Origin: Haplodiscus bocki
Taxonomy: Eukaryota
Assembly (NCBI GenBank): GCA_965655095.1
Contig: OZ296651.1
Location: forward strand, 117,552,001 to 117,616,000
Length of the DNA stretch: 64,000 nucleotides
Direction: 5' to 3'
The translations under genes and the position numbers were made by a program. This document shows, piece after piece, positions 11,701 through 26,203 of the stretch. How positions within the stretch are numbered: the stretch's first letter is position 1; every line of letters starts with the position of its first letter. The notes beneath the pieces were generated by a model. It made no database searches. It saw nothing but the letters and a program-made list of their open reading frames with translations, and had not been told where the DNA came from.

Positions 11701-14326
11701 TCAATCAAGAGAGTAATATGATAACAAACTGTAGTTCCTGTTTGCACACTTATCATTTGTTCCAGTTTGACCGCGCAATTGCAAAGTCAAAATTTCCTCA
11801 AAAGAAACTTTTTCTTGGATATTAAAATCTTCCAGGACACCCAGAACAAGCTAAAAGCTTACAATTGTTATCAAAAAGTTATGATCGCAACCATGATCGT
11901 TTTTGTAATGAACCGCATTTTAGGGAAAGGACAAGCAATCAGTTCAAAAGTAGTACATTTCAAATTGTAAATACAAGGAAAATATTGTGATTGCAACTTA
12001 TTTGACTCTTATGTATGACGTTTCAGTTTGTGAAATGGCTCAGACAAGGATCTTTGATGAGTTGTTTCTGTTTTCCAAAAAAGAAACTTTACGCAAAGTA
12101 GTCGAAAACGATTAACTATGAAAGTACAAAACGTGTCATCATTAAAAAAAATTCAGCAAGATTGCACACGTACTTTTCTGACAAATGTACTGCAAAAATC
12201 TGATTTCACTCAAAAGATGAAGAATCGATGAACTGCATGTGGCTAAGAAATATCATCAGTTTTTCCCTGAGATAATTGATTCGTAGCGCATAGAAAAAGC
12301 CAAGCGTTTGATGGAAATTGGAAAACAATCAGTTGCATTTGGAGTGACTGTTGCTGAAATAGTCATTTTCTCATGGAAGAAAAAATTAAACAAAAATGGT
12401 TTCTGACGTGAGAAGTGCGAGTTTTGGGACACGATTACGATTGCAAGGGGGGAAGCACCAGCAAAAATTCGATTCAATGCAATAAATGCAAGACAAAGGA
12501 CTTTCACACAGTAAAAATTATGATTCGTTTCATTGCGAATTGCCGGAGGGCGACACTTTTTAATGCTGCAAAAACATCAAACATATTGCAGAGTTTGCAG
12601 TCTTGGTTGGTTGCTCGCAGCCGCCTGATTGACAGTTATCCGAAATGGAAATGATCTCAAAAATCTAGCAGTCACATAGAAGGCAGCTACACATGATCAA
12701 CCGATTAATCATCATTTTGTTGCCGGGTTATCTCAAAACCCCTCTTTTAACTCTCAAAAGTACACAATGTTAAGGCACGAAATCCAACAGCCACGAATCA
12801 TTAGGACTGATTCTTTAGGCATTTGACTATTAAAAAATGGTTCGACGCAAAAACGAGTAAATTCCAGTCGTTAATTGGACAGTGCCTATTTACGAAGCTC
12901 CAAGCGGTTTCAGTCAAATTCAGCACAGCAACACAAAGTTTGCGTTGTTTTACAGTTAACACAAAGAAGCATTAAAAACTTGTTGAAATTTATTTCAGTG
13001 GGTACCAACGTGCGGCCAATATCAATTTAAAGTTATAACAACCAATGCTTCAAATAGTACACACATGATGACTTCTAACAAATTCAATTTCTTATAGAAC
13101 TTATGATCGGACACAAGAGGTTCGTTCAGAAATGGAGCTTTCGTTAAAATGCTGAAATTATTTCTAAAGTTCCCAAGATTAAGTGCGTCACAAAATTATC
13201 CTACGTTTGTTCAAGTGTGCTCAAATTCATAATATCTGTTTTCGCTACCAGGAAATGAAAATTTTGAGAGAAACTTTTTAACAAAGAAACCCATAAGAAC
13301 TTCGGCACTTCCCTTGGAAGTCCCCGAGATATCAGTGGCAGTTACCCAACGACAGCCTCTGAGGCAATTACATTTTCCAGAAAATAGCCAAAATGATACT
13401 GCAAACGAATAACAAAAATTTCAAGTCAAACATTTCAGGTTTATTCAATTTTTTCAAGTACGGTCTTTTGTTCAGACAAAGATGGAAACTAAAACATTGT
13501 GCCGCAAAGCATCCACTGAAAATATATCGTTCTTTTGCTGACAATACGGGATGCTCATTAACCTATAGTTTATAATCCAAGTTTCAGATCTGGCTTCACA
13601 TAATATGGTCCACTATCGGGGAAAACAAACAATTTTCGAACAAAAACGCTCACCTTCGGAGAAATTCGTTGAAACTATTGAAAAAACTAAGGGAACAAGT
13701 CAGTTTTAACTTTAAACTAATTTTGCGGACTATGCATACTACAACTACAGTAACTTGCTGTACTTCTTGAAAAGTGTAACTATTGTAAAACACGGCGAAA
13801 ATTAAAGATGCAATTGATTTCATACAAAAAACAGAAATGGGTAGCCCAACGAATAGAAACACAAAAAGACAAGGGAACAGGTTTGAGGGAGTTCATCAGA
13901 AAAAGCACTTTATTATAAAACTAGTTAAGTTAGCAATAAGACACAAGTTAAAGCTATTGTAATCTGTTTAACTGGTTTTTCAGATGCAAGAAATGGACAT
14001 TGAATTATTTTGAAAAGATAAAAAGTTTGCAGATAAAGCACAATGATGTCAACATAGTAAACAAGGCGGTTTGCATGCAACACTATGCAGTCGAAGCACA
14101 CAATGTAAATGAAATCCGGGGCTATTTTGTTGTAAAGCCTGCAGAAAAAACCAGAACTTTTGCAGTCGAAGCGGCTGCATTATACTCTAGAAGCGAAACG
14201 TCCTGAGGGGCTCCACTATGCAGTTGAAGCATTTGTTTGTCAGTGCATTGAAAAAAGTTTGGACTCGTAGAGAAGCAAAGTAACGATCGAAAAAAATTTT
14301 GACAACAAAGTCTCTGATAGAGTTTT

Positions 14327-17300
14327 TTAGAAAGCATTCGATTGGTTGGAACACACTACAACTTTCAAATTGTCTTCTCTGTGTGCCCATGTTCTAGCAA
14401 TGTTTTCAGCTAAGGAGATGGCTGTGGGAAGTGAAACATTGCTCTTCTTGACATTGACATAAAGTGAAGCAGCATCGAGCCATTCTTTTTCAAAAAGTCG
14501 GATTCTTTGGCCAGCATTCGTCCAGTCGAAACCAGTAACATAGGCACAAACTATCCACGGCATTCGAGTTGGCACCCTCGTGAATGCCGACCCCAAGCCT
14601 GCATTATGCTCTCGAGCACGACGAACCAAGGACATCGTTGAGCCAATATACAATACGTTCTTTTGAGGAACACTTTGCAGCAAGTAACAAAAACCCAAAG
14701 CTTGCGTCGGCAACTCTTGCACTGAAGGCGGAAAAGGGGATGCTTTGGCAAGGTCAATTGAAGCATCTTTCGTGCAATTTTTGTCAAAATTTCATTCGTT
14801 AGCTCAGACCACTGTGATTTCTTACGCGTTAGATCAAGAATCGCTTTCTTGTTAGCTTCTCTTGTTCCCACAAACGTTACGTGGCTTAAATTTCTTACTC
14901 TACTCATGACTACATATAGTTGCTCCGGAAGCCACAAACTAAACTCCCTAGACCCCACAATTTGAGTGGCCACCATAGGCAACGTTTCACCCATGGTTTT
15001 GTGGATGGTCGAAGCTACAAACAGCTTCAGAGGGAACTGGATTCTGCGACATACTGTTTTATGGTTCAACCGAATTGTCACGCCGATCTCTTTATTGATA
15101 ACAACACATCGCCAAGTGTTTGTCATAACTGACAGCGGAGGAATAGTTCGGCAACCAGCTGGAGCTAGAGCAACTGTCACACTCCCATTTTCAATGCTAT
15201 CCATAGAGACTAGAACACAAAGTTGGCCCTGATAAGCTTGTATTGATGGCTTATTAACTGTTAATCGTAGAATGGCCCCTGGGTAAAGGAACAAGGACCC
15301 GGGTTCGAGGCATTTCTTGTTGAGGAAATTGGAAGTCGTTGTTGACGCTTCGGTCCAGTTTTCAGTGCTAGACAAACACATTTCATCTACTGCCATGTGT
15401 TCATAATATTGAGTTCCACTGTTTTTAACGTCGGTTATCTTGTTTTCAGTTGCTTTACGCTCAGCTTGCCGTGTAGCGAAAATTCTGATACTATCGCTAG
15501 GCACGTCGGACCACGACTCCACAAAGTTGCAACTTTTTTCAATGATTTCCCAAATGCGCTTTGCATTGGCATCTGTTTTGGGGACTGAAGACATTAGAGA
15601 CAGTAGTTCTTGGCCGTTTTTGTTTTGCATCCTAACGAAATTCTTCAAGTTGTGGAAGGCGAAGGTGGTTAGAGGGAATGACGAGCTCATCAGATAGGAA
15701 CCCGAAGGCGGAGGAAGTTGAAAGAAATCCCCAGTTGCAATGACCAATTTTCCACCGAAAGGAACATAATTCGAGGTTATGACTTGCAACACATGATCAG
15801 TTGCTGCCCATATTTCGCTTGAGATCATCGACATTTCTTCAATAAAAAACACATCAACATTTTGCAGGAACCGGGTTTTAACAGGGGAACGCTGTAAGTT
15901 GGACAACGCAGTCTTTGCAAGCGACTCAGCAGAAGAACTTTTTTCAACCGGAAAAGGAATTAAGGCATTTAGATGTCTTCCCGCTAGAGCAGCAGATCTC
16001 TCAGCCGCTAAAGAGGTCACAACACAGTGTAATCCTTGACAGAGGGCATACGCAAGTGATTTCAGCATCACAAAAGTTTTGCCACTTCCAGGCGGACCGA
16101 AGACAACTTGATGTCTTATGAAAAAGCACAGTCGCCGCTTGTATTTATCGATTGACAGCATCAGCCTGTCTAAAGTCCGGCATTGCTCAAGGTACGAATT
16201 TTTACACTGATCAGGGCTCTTTTGTATCTTTGGCTTCCACGGGACTGGCGCATTGACAGTTGAATCTAACATGGTCTGTTCATTTGGCAATTGAGTTTGA
16301 CATGTGTGAAGAAAAGCCACCATTTTATTTTTTTCCAACACTAATTGAAGAGTTAAAGCTTCATCACTTTCTTCCATGACTTTTATATCAAGGGCAGGCG
16401 GTAGTGCAGCCGCAAAATAAAGATTGTTTCTTAAAAGGGCTTCGGAAAGGACACCATGTGCCATCAAAAGGTATTTTTCGATTAACTTCGAGGATCCGGG
16501 TGTAAAACGTAGTTGTTCCAACAAATACTTACGTGTCACAGTTTTTACCGTCATCTCATTGACGCAGCTGGGAACAACATTGGCTGCTACGAAAGCATCT
16601 TTGAATGATTGAACATTTAAAATGTCTATTTCTGTAATGAAATCTCCCAGAGTTAACAAAAGATGCAGTAAAAATTTCGTGGGATTGTTTGGTAAAATGT
16701 TGCTATACACAACAACAGCCGTTTCGTTGGACAAACTTTTCCAATGAGCAACAAACTGGCTATTGTTTCTGCTTCGAAGAACTGGAACGACGTTTTTTCT
16801 CATTTCATTTTTCAGCTTTTCATTCCGCTCATTACTACCTTTCAAACGACAAACGTTAATGAATGACTCTACAGCAGCTGGACGTAACTTGATGACATAC
16901 CCTGTGGCATCCACCCAAAAAGTTTTGCGGATATTTTTTTTCACAAACAGTTCATGATTGCTTTTGACTCTCTCAATTTGTGATTTACAACGAACAAACC
17001 AACTGTAATAAACCGATAAAGTTGAAATGAAATTTAATTCGGGTGGACGAAGTCCGAAAAGGGTAACTTTGTCGGGCGTAACGAAGCTGGTTTCAACATC
17101 CGCAAGCAAAAGTACCTGACTTTCTGTGAACTGCCGGTATTTCGGAAGTTGCAAAACTTGTCTGCGCACGCGAACTGCTTCGTCAAAAGTTGTGCTGAAT
17201 TTCAATTTGTTGTTATGTTTCTCTTTCACAATCCCTGAGCGATATTCTTTTGGAACTGTAGGCACATGTACGAAATCGACGTTCGTGCAAACGTAAGGGA

Positions 17301-20300
17301 GTTGTAAGCACCACCAGAGGCACTCTGTTATACTTACTATCCGCCCTGTAATTGCATTCTGTTTTTCATAGTCCCGCAGTTTCTTGTTTATAGTAGCTTG
17401 AACGCCAGCTATTTTTTCGTTTTCAAGCGGCTGTGTCAACACTTTCACACTGTCCTCTGCTTCACCCGCCAGGATATTTGCCGCTGCTCGAGATTCAATT
17501 CCAGCGGCATATTTTGCAGCGTAACGTGGTGCCATGTAGTCATCACAAATTTGGACATTTGTACTTGACTGTGTAAGAGCAAACAGAGCCGCATTAGTGG
17601 GAGAAAAATGTTCGTTACTCACAGTTGGATAATGGTGTTTTCCACCTACCAATGGTGCTTTAGCCTTTGGCGTTAAAGTATTTTCATCAATGTCCGCTAA
17701 ACCTAATTCTTGCAGCAAATCCCACGTTTCAGCGGAGAAATTGATGGGCACCTCTTTGAAGGAGAAACATTGCGATGCCGGATACTTAGGCACACGGCAG
17801 ATAGGCTGATTGAGTCTGTCTGTTTTCTTGTGGCATCGTTTACGGCCTTTGGTACAATTATGAACCTGATATTTTTGAAATAAATCGGCAAGCATCAAAC
17901 GGTCGCCCTTGGTTAATGTGGGACAACTGATTTCCAAGGCACCTAAGAACGTTTCTTTTGAGCAGCATATGCGAGATCGGACATCATTCGAAAATTTATC
18001 TTCCGGAGTACACAAAATTGCATGCAAGTGTGGAAACCCTGCAGTCTCCTCTTGCCATTCATATCTCATCCAAATGTGAGATACAGGTCCCAATGGACGT
18101 TCTGGTGATTTCTTTATCCATTCCATGACATATTGGGAAGCTCGATACCAGCACCTGAGCATTGGCATTAGTTCAGCTTGAATTGCAGCTGACAACACTT
18201 CCTTTGCTGTAGTATCTTCTGGGTAGAGTTCATGAAGTGCTTCAAAAATTTTTCTAATACCGGGATGGGTTGATTGCCCGCAAGTATATGTCACAAAGTA
18301 GGTTGGATTTTTCTCCCTGATAAGAGCAGCGAGTTCGCACACATTCTTCCGGCTTTCAGCACAGTCAAACTTGAAAGTTTCGGTTGATACAAATCTAGAA
18401 TTACTCGGAGCAGAACTCACTTCCTGCCAGCCGCGATTTAAAACAATTCGAACATCAGTTTTGTGAAGTTGAGTGTTCAGGAGACAGTCGAATACGTACT
18501 GCAGATATGCAGCATTACAAGAAGTTAATAGTGACCCATCTTTTATTCGAGTGCGAAGCATATCTTCCAAACCAGCGAAACCCAGATGTTTGTTGTACTT
18601 CGATGAATTGTATAGAGCTGCTGGTATCGCACCGTGAAAACTTCCGTTTTTTGACTGAGACCAGAAAATTGACGGGAAAAGCAACGCTTCCGGTTGAACA
18701 AGAGGCAACGAGGAAGTTGAGATAGCAGCAATATTTTCCACGAAACGTTTCTCTTTCAAGGTTAGACTGATGGGATTTCCCTTACGCCGATACAAAAGAT
18801 TGCATTGAGAGTTCAGAAGGATATGCAACGGTAATTTAAAGTTCTCTTCCTTACAACTACGTTGAACTGAAAGAGCTTTACTATCTTGACAAGGTTTTAC
18901 TTTGCCCATGTATTTCAAGTTCTCATCAATAAAGTCATCATCGTTTTTGCCGGGTAAGAGTTCATCTATGAGTGAGGAATTGCTGCTGGTAACAAAATCG
19001 ATTGTTTCTGCAGCTACCTCAGGGTCTGTTGATTCAAAAAATGGCATGTTACAAAATCTCTTAGGCCCACTTCTTGGATTAGTTGAAACTGAAGAATCAG
19101 ATTCAGAAGACAATTCCATTATCTCTTCCTTTGGGCATGGAGCAGCATTTATTAGGACACGTTTATTGGTCTCCTTCAGTCCTTCCTTGAAATGACTCTT
19201 GCATATACAGCTATGACATTGAAAGTATGGGCAGCGCAAAAACGAGCACAGGCCGCATCTGCAACGAAAAGTACTTTTCCTAAAATCTCTCGTCAGCGGT
19301 AAATCGTGCTTTTGACATATAAAGACGCCCTGACCTGTCAAAGTGCTCAAAAATTGCCACTTCAGATCGGCCAAGTCAACATTTCTTGTTTTTTCAAAAA
19401 TTGCAATAGTCCAGTAACCACGAAAGGCTGACTGAATAGCCTCGGTTGGATTGCCGTCAGTTTTCCTCGCGAATTTGCTGTTCTTTTCAATGATCCAAAA
19501 CCTTTGGAAATCTTTTCCATGCCGAACCAACCAACGTGGCTCGTTTTTAGGTCCTGCATCTTTTGATCCCATTGCAATCAATTCATATTCCTGGCCTGAG
19601 ACAACGAAGCTCAATGGAGGTTCATTTCTGTTTCGCAAATTATTGACGGACGTGGTAGTGAAAATGGCATGAGTTGTTACATCAGGAAACTCCAAATTTG
19701 ACGCACAAGTAATGGCTTTGCGTTCCAGCAGAGGGATATGGCGAATACTGTCACAACACATTTCAAGGAATTTCGCACCGAGGACGCAACAACATTGGGC
19801 ACTAGTCGAGGCTTCGTCTTCACTTTGACATTGTTGTAGTAATTTCTTTATGGATTCCTCCGATCGCCTCAGAAGTATCGTACTGTTTGCATTACGCATT
19901 GTCGTTGGGGAAATGAAAACATTTCTCAGCAAACAGAACAAGGGTTTCAGTGTCACAGGGTATTTGGGCGAATTAACTAACAAACGACACATCAATGGTG
20001 ACAAACAGGTTGCAGCTTGTACAAGCCACAAGACGTTATTGCAGTTATTGTTCAGTGGAGGGGGTGAACAACCGAAATCGTCAGTACCTTGTGCAAAAGA
20101 ATAACAACTTAAAGCTTCAACGTAGTTCAAATATTGCTTTTCACATTTGTCCACAATTTTGGCAACCTCAACGCAAGTTTCCAAGTCAGTCGAAGAGCTA
20201 TGCAACAAACAACTGGTCACATTTGCCATCTGTGGCTGATACTGAAGCATTCCGGAAGCAATATCATCAACAATTTTGCCGTCTCTCACCCATTGGCGAA

Positions 20301-22376
20301 TCAGAGTTTTAATATCGTCTCTGAAACAGCAAGAAATTCCTTCCGCCTGATACAAGATATCGCTAGTGATGTCCCAACGTGTTTTTCGCTTCAACCGCAC
20401 TGTACTTATGCCACTGTAAGAACCGATACTTTTCAGTAACTGGTATGTATGACTGGCGAAATTCGCTTTGATGTTTGTTATCCAGGAAATTGTCGGAGCT
20501 ACCACACTCAAACGCTCCTCGTGGAGTAGAGCTGTTCGTGTTAAAGAAGGATGGGAAGGAGGGTGAATGTAATGAACGGAGGACCCCTTTGAGTGCATGG
20601 AGCAAGCATGAACTATCAATCCTTCCGACTTGTCCACTCTCAATGTTGCTGCAACTAAGAATCGTCGCAGTGATAATGTAGGTACCAAGAAATCCGATCG
20701 CATCCCGCGCAGATGCAAGTGGCTAGAAGCTTGAAAAGATGTAAACTCCGGGTAAAATAGGTTCAAAAAGTGTTTGGCTGCAATGAATCCTACTTCTTCA
20801 ATGAAACACCAGCAACCGAAAGGGCACCTGACGTTGGGGTAAGGTTCCTCATCTAAAGCAAGTGCGATGCTTTCCTGCTCCAAACCTTTCAATAGTTGTT
20901 GAAAACGACGCAATCGAAGGGTTCCATCAACAGCACATTTGCCCTGGATTCTGCTTTTGTTCAGATATTGCTGCACACTAGATGAAAAACATCCAATAGA
21001 TCCCAGCCATTGCTGCCTTATTTCCACAGGCAATATTGCCAAAATGTTTATCTGTGTTTCTCTGGTTAATTTTATATCACTTAAGAGTGTGAAAAACACA
21101 GAAGGCCATGCCTCATTCCAGTCAATGCGCTCGAATGTGCAATAACATAAACACAAATTACATAGATAGACAAGGGATTCTCGAAGTCGATTTCCGAACA
21201 TTCTGTTCTTCAGTTCTGATTTCTTTTTGCTAACCAGCTTGAATGGATGATGGAGTGTTGGTTTTCGCATGCATTTTTGGCAGTAGTCAATATTGTCCGG
21301 AACAGAACTTTTGTCATGCGTTTCTCTATTGCTTTTATCAGTGCCTGACACACTGGAAGCAGAATTGTGAAGGTTCATCCATTCTGGTGAATGATTTCCC
21401 GTCATTTTCTTTCTGCCGTCAGTCGAAAAAGGGGAGAATGGCGGGTTGTAGTTGCAAGTTGCGGTGACACTAATGTGAGGCGAAGACACTTCTGGCATTG
21501 GAGAATGTGTTTCAAAAGTGTTAGCATCAGTAGTACTGAGCTTCGTTTTTTTCGTAGCTGGTTCTTCTGCTGTACCCTGAAGAGCTCTCAGTAACTGAGT
21601 CTCAGCTGCACAAATCCTCGAAGAGAATTCCAAGGAAGAGTTAACCATTGAAGTTCTTGGCGGACACACAATTTCATCAATTCTAATCGAAAAGAGCTCA
21701 TTGACTACTTCAAAGTGATTTGCACTCCTAGTTTGTTGAATGAAAATGCCTCGCCTGTCTGTATTCAAACAACATTCATATATCAACCAAGATTTCAAAG
21801 GCACATGGTATAAATAAACGTCAACTGAAAAAACTTGACAGAAAGTATAAATTTCTACGCAAGTCCCAAAAACACCATTTTCGCCCATTTTCGAAACACG
21901 GAGGTACTCGTCAACAGAAGCACAAGTCAAAATACGATGCTGATTGGGAAAATCGTCCGAGTGAATTACAGTTTGCAGGCTATTAGGGGGGAAATTGATC
22001 ATGTTCATGTTTGCAACAATTACATTTCGTATATTTTCACCACAATCCTGCATCAGACCGAGAGCAACAGCCAAAGCAGTAAAAAGGCAATTACCGTCAC
22101 AAGAATTGGAGTGACGTTCGCCGGGCGCAAAGAAGAAATGAAGCAATCATTTGGGATTGTACTTTGGTGATTCAAGAGAAAGTCACTCAACTCCAAATTA
22201 GCCAGGGAATGCAAAATATCTTTTCTTCGGGCAGGTGACACGGATATGGCAGTGTCTGGAATTTTGTATAACACACCTAAAGGCTCGTCAGCTTGAAGTT
22301 CTGTTTCAATATCTTTGACACATTCATGGTTCTTACCAGCAAATTGTCCACAAGCAATGCAACGTCGCCGCTTCAT
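14327..22376 (-). CDS. Zn-knuckle/OTU/HUH-Rep/PIF1 helicase/GIY-YIG polyprotein of B (two 1-bp frameshifts near 22100 and 14778)
   Basis: ORFs 22053-22376 + 14551-22146 (2531 aa) + 14327-14722. OTU DGNCLF...HFE; Rep YFVTYTC, RYEWQEETAGFPHLHAIL, YAAKY; helicase GPPGSGKT, IEEMSM, GDFFQLPP, TIHKTMG, QLYVVMSRVR; GIY-YIG CYLL..YIGST...RR.REHN...PW...GF...FE..W. Confidence 0.92.
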
Positions 22377-22663
22377 ATTTCAAAAATTGTCATAAGGAGC
22401 CAGTGACAACTTAACAGAAGGTCATGATCATGTCATTCCATATCTATTTGAAAAAGAAACGAGTGGTTCAAACTGGCGCAACACGTTTTTTAAACAATTT
22501 ATTTCCCTAATACACAAGCGGGAAAATACCTGACAGAAAAAAATTCTCTATGAATACATTCATACTGCAACTCAACTTCAGTGAAGGGATTAAATCATCC
22601 GAGCAAACACCCAACAAAACTGAGAAAAAATAGCATATCGAACGAAATGCATAAATCCTTTCA

Positions 22664-22701
22664 GCCTTGGTTTTGTGAGGGCTACTGAGCAAAACCAAGG
22701 C
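22664..22701. promoter_or_regulatory. 12-14-12 perfect inverted repeat upstream of B polyprotein
   Basis: GCCTTGGTTTTG-N14-CAAAACCAAGGC. Confidence 0.55.
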
Positions 22702-25700
22702 GGTCAGTGATCTCATGAATTTCTACTCTAAGAGACAGATCGTTTTATCTAGCTACAGATGTTCCCATAACAACTTGTTCTAGTGGAAAAAAAGTGAAGA
22801 CCAAGGAAATGTCAATGCAAAAACGTGTTCAGCAATTAGTTGGAGAAAAAAACAGCTAAATGTATTTTTTTTTTCAAAAACAACAGGACTTAATAAATGT
22901 TCACCATCGTACACGAGTAAAATCTCAATAAATCACACACGATAAACTGGAAATTAAAAAGAACATTTCTTTGTACAGGAAAACTTTGGTTGCGTAAATC
23001 CACTTGATTGTTACTTTATTTTTGCAAAAACTGTTATAATCAAAATGAAAGGGCTTAACCAACGCAAAAAAACTACCTAAGTAGTTTACATTGGTGAGAA
23101 AAATCATGTTTCATCAAACAAGTTATTTTGGAATTTCGTTTCACATCTTTTGAGATGTCGGAAATCAGAAGACAAACAAGTGGTTTTTGTTGACGTAAAA
23201 AGCCACAAAAGACATGCAAATAACAGCACAACTTCTGCAGAGAGACACAAAACCAGTATTGACGAAACCCTGATCAAATTCATACATCTGCAGAAAGTCA
23301 GAGAACAGTCCCCATTTTTGAGCTATGTACAATGCCCACTTGGCTTTTTTATGAAACAAGAAACACTCCTATTCGTTTCTTCGGCTTTAGGACAATCTGG
23401 ATATTTTAATCGAGCAAAAAGTAGATTCATCAGTTGTTGTGAGGCATAACAATGTTCATGTTATGCAGTGCAATCATCCAAACAGTTGAGGTGCTAATTC
23501 ATTTTCCGCATACTTTCATCTGAGATCATTCCGCTCCTATTGAGGTGTACATTCAGTTATCGTTGAGGGAACGCTAACAGAAAAACGTAATGGAAATGTT
23601 ATTTTATAGAAAACTACAAAAATTGAGAACCAAAGAACAAAATTGACAAAGAAAAAAAAGGATCGAAAATTAGTCTTTGGGTATATGGAAAACACCGCGG
23701 ACTACAGAAGTTATCCGATAAAACATATGGGAGTCGTTAGATGAAACTTTTTGATTACTCTAACCAAACTGCGCAACACAAGTAGCAGTTAGGACATGCT
23801 GGCCTGCCGTTTTTTTCTGAAAAATGCAACGTGAAAAAGGCATCGTTTAACTAAAAGGAAACACACTGCAACAACAAGTAGCCAAAAAATTCATTCGTCA
23901 TCAGTACTCTATCGTGAAATTCAAGTACTATTTCTCCGTTGGGAAGTCGAATCATCAATTGAAACAACATACTTGCTCTTGCCAATTGATTGATTATGGC
24001 TGATAAACCAGTAATGAAACGCAATTATGTGACACCAGCCTAGAGAAAACATAAATTCAACACAATCAACAAATGTCAGGCAAAGAGATTTCAAAAGAAG
24101 CACTTTGGAGAAAAATTTGTTCATCAGTTGCTCTGCTGAAGAAAATAAACGGAGATCTGTGAATAAACGCTGCGAAACAGTCAGAATAAAATTTAAAAGG
24201 CGACGTCGTTTTAGGTGAATTGATCTTTTACCTAAACCAACCCAATGATAGAATATGGTAGGGATTAAAAAATCGGCATTTATTATAGAAACACACCAAA
24301 GATATTGGTATTGTACAAATTGCTACATCCTAACCAAAAATCATATTATGATATGAAGAAGAAAACACCGGGATTTTGCATTTACCCCACCTCTATTTTT
24401 CGACCTGCTACCAATTTCAAAAATGATGACAATCTTTCTGACAATCGAAACATCGAGTTGAATCCAAAAAAAATCAAAATAAACCAACCCAAAGAACCTG
24501 GTGTTGTTCTGCAGCTGGGGAATAACAAAACACAGTTTCCTGAAGCATGCTGATTGGATTCAAAAATCATTCAAGATGATGCACTTGTACTTAGGTGAAA
24601 TTTGGCCAAATATATGGAATTAAATGAAAGGTCCTCAAATTTTTCTGACGATTTGGACAAATTAACAGTACTTTTAACAATTCCAAGAGGGTTCCAAACT
24701 CGCGAGAAGCACCACACAAAAATACTGCAATGTGTGTAGTTGACGTGTGGCAAGCCTCGAGTTTTTCAAATGACCTTTGCTAATTAACAATGGAAACTTC
24801 GAAATACCAAAAAACTTGTGAAAAGAGCGTCCGAATCAACGGGACGGATGAAGCAGTAGATGGTGTCCGGAATCCAAAGGAAATTAGTAGGAAACGAAAT
24901 AAATGGCAGAAATAGAAGCATCGGGTCTGAAACGCAGCGAATACGGGTAGCATGTTACTGCAGCACCTGCATTCATTTTTGTATATTTGGTCAATGCGTG
25001 TACTGAAACTCGGTCAAGCAAACTGGCCAAAAGTTATTCCAATGTCTGACATTAAAAAACTCACTGACGCTGCAGGGTAGTCATCATGCAGTGGCCTGTT
25101 AAATCGAAAACACTTCAGAGCAAAGACGAAATGTAAAATCAAAGCCCAGACAAAACGCAATCTGAGATTTTGGAACACCGTTTTTAACGTTTTTCATCCT
25201 GCATGAACAAAGTCCACTTCTTGTGGCATTGTTGAAAGCAATCAGTTGGGAAATTTGAGACTGCTTGCGAAAAGAAGCAATTGTCGAAGAACAAGATCCA
25301 GTAGTAAGGACTACCATAAAATGAAATTGAAGCAATTCTTAAGTGAAGCAATGTTTTCGTATTGAATGTGTTTCATACCTGACAGACTAATTCACAATTT
25401 TTTGGCAGTTGGTCTACCGACTGAGTCATATAGGCGTCGAATCTGTCATGTTACGTACAGCTACAGGCAAAACAGAACGATTTAGGTCCACTCTACATAG
25501 AAAATCACTGGAAAACGGAATGAAGCGTAAAGGAGGGGAAAAGTGACAGAACGAACTTTCTCCTAATAGCCTATGTTCCTCACAGGCAGACTCATAAGCA
25601 ACTGCAAAAACATGATAAAAAAGCACGACGGAGCACCTTCCCTGCAGAGGAATTAACACATCAACACTCCAATGCACGTGAAATTGCTATAAAGTCTGAG

Positions 25701-26161
25701 CTTTTATACAACAACCACAGAAAAAAAGTGTGCCTATATATCATGCCATTTTACTAAAAGTTGACAGAAAATATTGTAAACTTTCTTGAAAACAGATGGG
25801 ACTGTTAACGGCCCAGGGTGAAAACTTATTTTGAGAAAAATACATTTACTTGAAGGCACTTCACCGTTGTGGCATCCTTGTAGCAAAGTTTTACTACACT
25901 GAGGGTGTAACACTTACTGAATTAATGGCGAAAAACGTAATTCCACAAAGTAAGCAAATTGACACTTTGGTATGACACACTTTTCCCAAAAAAAAACAAC
26001 GACAACCTATCCCAGAAAGATTCAGCAGTTTATAATGATCAAAGGCCGACGGAAAAGACGTTAGGCATAAACAAAAGAAACATTTCCAGAGAAAACATGC
26101 CCAGAATTGGCAATCCAATTGTTCTCTGGACTTTGGATCCGATAAAAAATCCTTGTAATCC

Positions 26162-26203
26162 CGCCATCTGGTAAATTTCGCCGTCGCCTCCACTGGGTGG
26201 TCA
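26162..26203 (+). repeat. Junction motif J2 (B|S1), core 26187-26197
   Basis: CGCCATCTGGTAAATTTCGCCGTCGCCTCCACTGGGTGGTCA. Confidence 0.9.

Larger units (their letters stand above)
8149..26197 (-). mobile_element. Unit B: ~18.0-kb Helitron-like element, near-intact polyprotein
   Basis: Bounded by junction cores at 8149 and 26187. Begins with a hairpin/3-repeat terminal module and contains the RepHel-GIY-YIG gene. Confidence 0.85.

Noticed and set aside
14760-14790. Programmed frameshift before GIY-YIG in B (also 22100 and 33890)
   Set aside because: The other families are in frame at these positions; simple 1-bp loss or sequencing error is sufficient.
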